A DNA stretch of 64,000 bases. Source: Eutreptiella sp. 'Long Island Sound 2002' (taxonomy: Eukaryota; Protista; Euglenida). Made by a program: the position numbers and the translations under genes. The notes beneath the pieces were generated by a model. It saw only the letters and a program-made list of their open reading frames with translations, was not told where the DNA came from and did not search any database. Of this stretch, positions 60,801-64,000 are shown piece by piece; position 1 is the stretch's first letter; every line of letters begins with the position of its first letter. Location: NCBI GenBank assembly GCA_964036045.1, contig OZ038378.1:84196001-84260000 (forward strand), in the 5' to 3' direction.

Positions 60801-62400
60801 TTGAAAATTTTAGGAAATTGTTTTATGCCTATATGTCTACCCCAGCAATGCCTGGCCCTTGTGTATGGGCTCCCACCCCCTGGAGATCCCTTGTTCAGGG
60901 AGAGTCCAGGGTGGTGGGTCAGGCTGCAGAGTGTAGGCCACAGACACAGAACGTGTTCCCATGTTTTTGTGCCTGAAAACTTTTAAAATTTTAGGAAATT
61001 GATTTATGTCTATATGTCTACCCCAGCAATGCCTGGCCCTTGTGTATGGGCTCCCACCCCCTGGAGATCCCTTGTTCAGGGAGAGTCCAGGGTGGTGGGT
61101 CAGGCTGCAGAGTGTAGGCCACAGACACAGAACGTGTTCCCATGTTTTTGTGCCCGAAAACTTTGAAAATTTTAGGAAATTGTTTTATGCCTATATGTCT
61201 ACCCCAGCAGTGCCTGGCCCTTGTGTATGGGCTCCCACCCCCTGGAGATCCCTTGTTCAGGGAGAGTCCAGGGTGGTGGGTCAGGCTGCAGAGTGTAGGC
61301 CACAGACACAGAACGTGTTCCCATGTTTTTGTGCCCGAAAACTTTGAAAATTTTAGGAAATTGTTTTATGCCTATATGTCTACCCCAGCAATGCCTGGCC
61401 CTTGTGTATGGGCTCCCACCCCCTGGAGATCCCTTGTTCAGGGAGAGTCCAGGGTGGTGGGTCAGGCTGCAGAGTGTAGGCCACAGACACAGAACGTGTT
61501 CCCATTGGTTTGTGCCTGAAAACTTTGAAAATTTTAGGAAATTGTTTTATGCCTATATGTCTACCCCAGCAATGCCTGGCCCTTGTGTATGGGCTCCCAC
61601 CCCCTGGAGATCCCTTGTTCAGGGAGAGTCCAGGGTGGTGGGTCAGGCTGCAGAGTGTAGGCCACAGACACAGAACGTGTTCCCATTATTTTGTGCCTGA
61701 AAACTTTTAAAATTTTAGGAAATTGTTTTATGCCTATATGTCTACCCCAGCAATGCCTGGCCCTTGTGTATGGGCTCCCACCCCCTGGAGATCCCTTGTT
61801 CAGGGAGAGTCCAGGGTGGTGGGTCAGGCTGCAGAGTGTAGGCCACAGACACAGAACGTGTTCCCATTCTTTTGTGCCTGAAAACTTTGAAAATTTTGAG
61901 AAATTGTTTTATGCCTATATGTCTACCCCAGCAATGCCTGGCCCTTGTGTATGGGCTCCCACCCCCTGGAGATCCCTTGTTCAGGGAGAGTCCAGGGTGG
62001 TGGGTCAGGCTGCAGAGTGTAGGCCACAGACACAGAACGTGTTCCCATGTTTTTGTCCCCGAAAACTTTGAAAATTTTAGGAAATTGATTTATGTCTATA
62101 TGTCTACCCCAGCAATGCCTGGCCCTTGTGTATGGGCTCCCACCCCCTGGAGATCCCTTGTTCAGGGAGAGTCCAGGGTGGTGGGTCAGGCTGCAGAGTG
62201 TAGGCCACAGACACAGAACGTGTTCCCATGTTTTTGTGCCCGAAAACTTTGAAAATTTTAGGAAATTGTTTTATGCCTATATGTCTACCCCAGCAGTGCC
62301 TGGCCCTTGTGTATGGGCTCCCACCCCCTGGAGATCCCTTGTTCAGGGAGAGTCCAGGGTGGTGGGTCAGGCTGCAGAGTGTAGGCCACAGACACAGAAC
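57876..62400 (+). repeat. Tandem satellite, 25 x 181 bp
   Basis: Unit gtgttcccatgtttttgtgcctgaaaactttgaaaattttaggaaattg...gtaggccacagacacagaac. 4525 bp / 181 = 25. All ORFs here are repeat artefacts. Confidence 0.97.
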
Positions 62401-62777
62401 TGGTATGTCAGCACCGCACACAGCACCACACTCAGGACGACACGTGGCGTTCGATTTTCCAAGATTTGAGGTTTTGAGAGGGTCTGCGCTTGCAAAACTC
62501 TCTCTATGGACCTATTATTCACTGACTAACTGCCCGCTACGAATCTGTTTTGACCAGGCACAACCTGAGCCTACGTGTACAAGGCACTTTGGTGGTGCCG
62601 CCTTACTTGCCCTTGTGCAAGAATGACATGGCTGTGCTTGCATGCCATCCATATGCAAGCAGTTCTTCAGGGGCTTGAGCAAAGGATTTCCGTAAACCAC
62701 TCGTATGATCCATGCGAAAAGTTCAACCGAGCATGCTGACACAGACGTTGGCGGAGGACACAATAAGCCATGTGAAT

Positions 62778-63098
62778 TCAAAACAACTTGTCGAACTCGG
62801 ACGAAATACGAATCCGCACAAAACGTCACACTGTGCGTGGGAGTCGTTGACGTCACACACACGTCAATAATTCAGCAACGAAGGAACGAAACATACATCG
62901 CACGTATGCCGATGAGCTTGGGTGTTGCGCTGTGCTGTGTGCGTCGACGAAAGTCAAAACAACTTGTCGAACTCGGCCGAATTACGAATCCGTACAAAAC
63001 GTCACACTGTGCGTGGGAGGCGAAGAGTTGTTGACGTCACACGCACGTCAATAATTCAGCAACGAAGGAACGAAACATACATCGCACGTATGCCGATG
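62778..63098 (+). repeat. Direct duplication, 2 x ~140 bp (period 176)
   Basis: tcaaaacaacttgtcgaactcgg...catacatcgcacgtatgccgatg at 62778 and 62954. Confidence 0.9.
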
Positions 63099-63341
63099 CG
63101 CTACTTCTTCAGTGGTGTGTGTTGTATGTATGTGTGTGTGTGTATGTGTGTGTATTAGATGGAAGCGAACAACGCAGAGCGGAAGTACTGCGAGGAATGC
63201 CTGAAAGCCATGCGGCCGAGGGAGCGAGAAGGACAAACCAACCTTCACTGGATGGCAGTGGTGCAAGTCTGCCACCCTCTGAATCTGAGACCAGTGAACC
63301 CAGCCCCAGCTCCAGGTAATCCGCTTTTGTGTTTGGCATGT

Positions 63342-63630
63342 TGTTTTTTGATTCTGTGGCCTGGTATTGATTGGTTCGCTGTGAATGAGCCGTTTTTTTC
63401 TTTGGCTGTCGGCAGGACATTTTTAAGTGCATGTGGCTGAACCTTGTGCTTCTTTGTTGTCTGAGTGTGACCAGTTATATAATTTTGATGAGGCCACCAT
63501 GTTTTTTGATTCTGTGGCCTGGTATTGATTTCCGTTTTTTTCTTTGGCTGTCGGCAGGACATTTTTAAGTGCATGTGGCTGAACCTTGTGCTTCTTTGTT
63601 GTCTGAGTGTGACCAGTTATATAATTTTGA
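63342..63630 (+). repeat. Direct duplication, 2 x ~130-150 bp
   Basis: tgttttttgattctgtggcctggtattgatt...gaccagttatataattttga at 63342 and 63500. Confidence 0.9.
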
Positions 63631-63853
63631 AGAGAATGTTGCTGGTGGCAGCAATGCCCCTTGCCCGTGGTGTCCCATTCCCTCTGAATCCGAGACCAGT
63701 GATCCCACTTACTCTTGGGATTATATTCTGCTGAACAGTTCAATGGGTTTGGTAAGGGTGATTTGCTGTTGTGTTTCGCGTGTTGATTTTGGATTCTCTG
63801 GCCTGGTATAGATTGCGTCCCATTTGGCATTTGGCATCCAAAACAAACGTCGA

Positions 63854-63930
63854 CAAATCCTGAAGTTTGAGAAATCGCAAATCCTGAAGTTTGAGAAATC
63901 GCAAATCCTGAAGTTTGAGAAATCGCAAAT
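63854..63930 (+). repeat. 3 x 24-bp tandem repeat (CAAATCCTGAAGTTTGAGAAATCG)
   Basis: Directly visible perfect repeats. Confidence 0.95.
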
Positions 63931-63938
63931 TTGATAGC

Positions 63939-64000
63939 CATGCTAGGGCAATAAGTTCACGCCCTCAAATTTATTTTCAAGGAGAAATCAACCATGCTAG
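63939..64000 (-). repeat. Inverted copies of the 24.9-kb repeat core (candidate right subterminal repeats)
   Basis: catgctagggcaataagttcac (63939-63960) matches the reverse complement of gtgaacttgttgccctagcatg (24922-24943) at 21/22. A second copy starts at 63993. Confidence 0.75.

Larger units (their letters stand above)
24811..64000. mobile_element. Putative giant (>39 kb) Mutator-like DNA transposon carrying RecQ-MULE and Ulp1 genes plus repeat arrays; right end lies beyond the window
   Basis: Abrupt GC-to-AT switch truncating a LINE at ~24810, an inverted 22-bp motif at both extremes (21/22 match), an internal MULE transposase, and a shared 150-bp repeat family. The TSD and true right TIR cannot be seen. 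Confidence 0.45.

Noticed and set aside
57876-62400. 181-bp array as a CRISPR array, or its many ORFs as genes
   Set aside because: Units are head-to-tail and near-identical with no unique spacers, there are no cas genes, and the context is eukaryotic. The ORFs simply recur with the repeat period.

Overview
A eukaryotic, almost entirely mobile-element and repeat-derived window. I found no convincing ordinary host gene. The divergent LSU rRNA fragment suggests a protist, possibly a euglenid (inference only). Left part (about 0.85-24.8 kb, GC-rich, minus strand): two decayed non-LTR retrotransposons. One is an internal APE-RT fragment. The other is a very long APE-RT-RNase H element with a partly duplicated RNase H module and a downstream Ulp1/C48-like protease region, interrupted by smaller insertions. 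Right part (about 24.8 kb to beyond the window end, more AT-rich): probably one giant DNA transposon, bracketed by an inverted 22-bp repeat motif. It carries (i) a RecQ-type helicase that becomes one ~1,440-aa ORF with a WRKY/GCM1-like zinc finger and an intact MULE (Mutator) DDE transposase once a 3.2-kb TIR element is removed; (ii) an intron-containing Ulp1 SUMO-protease-like gene; (iii) a ~150-bp repeat family folded into a ~5.5-kb palindrome; and (iv) a 25 x 181-bp satellite. The 3.2-kb TIR element itself contains a captured piece of 28S/LSU rDNA. The RecQ-MULE fusion element is the best candidate for an undescribed system. All protein-domain calls were made by eye from motifs; no database search was run.
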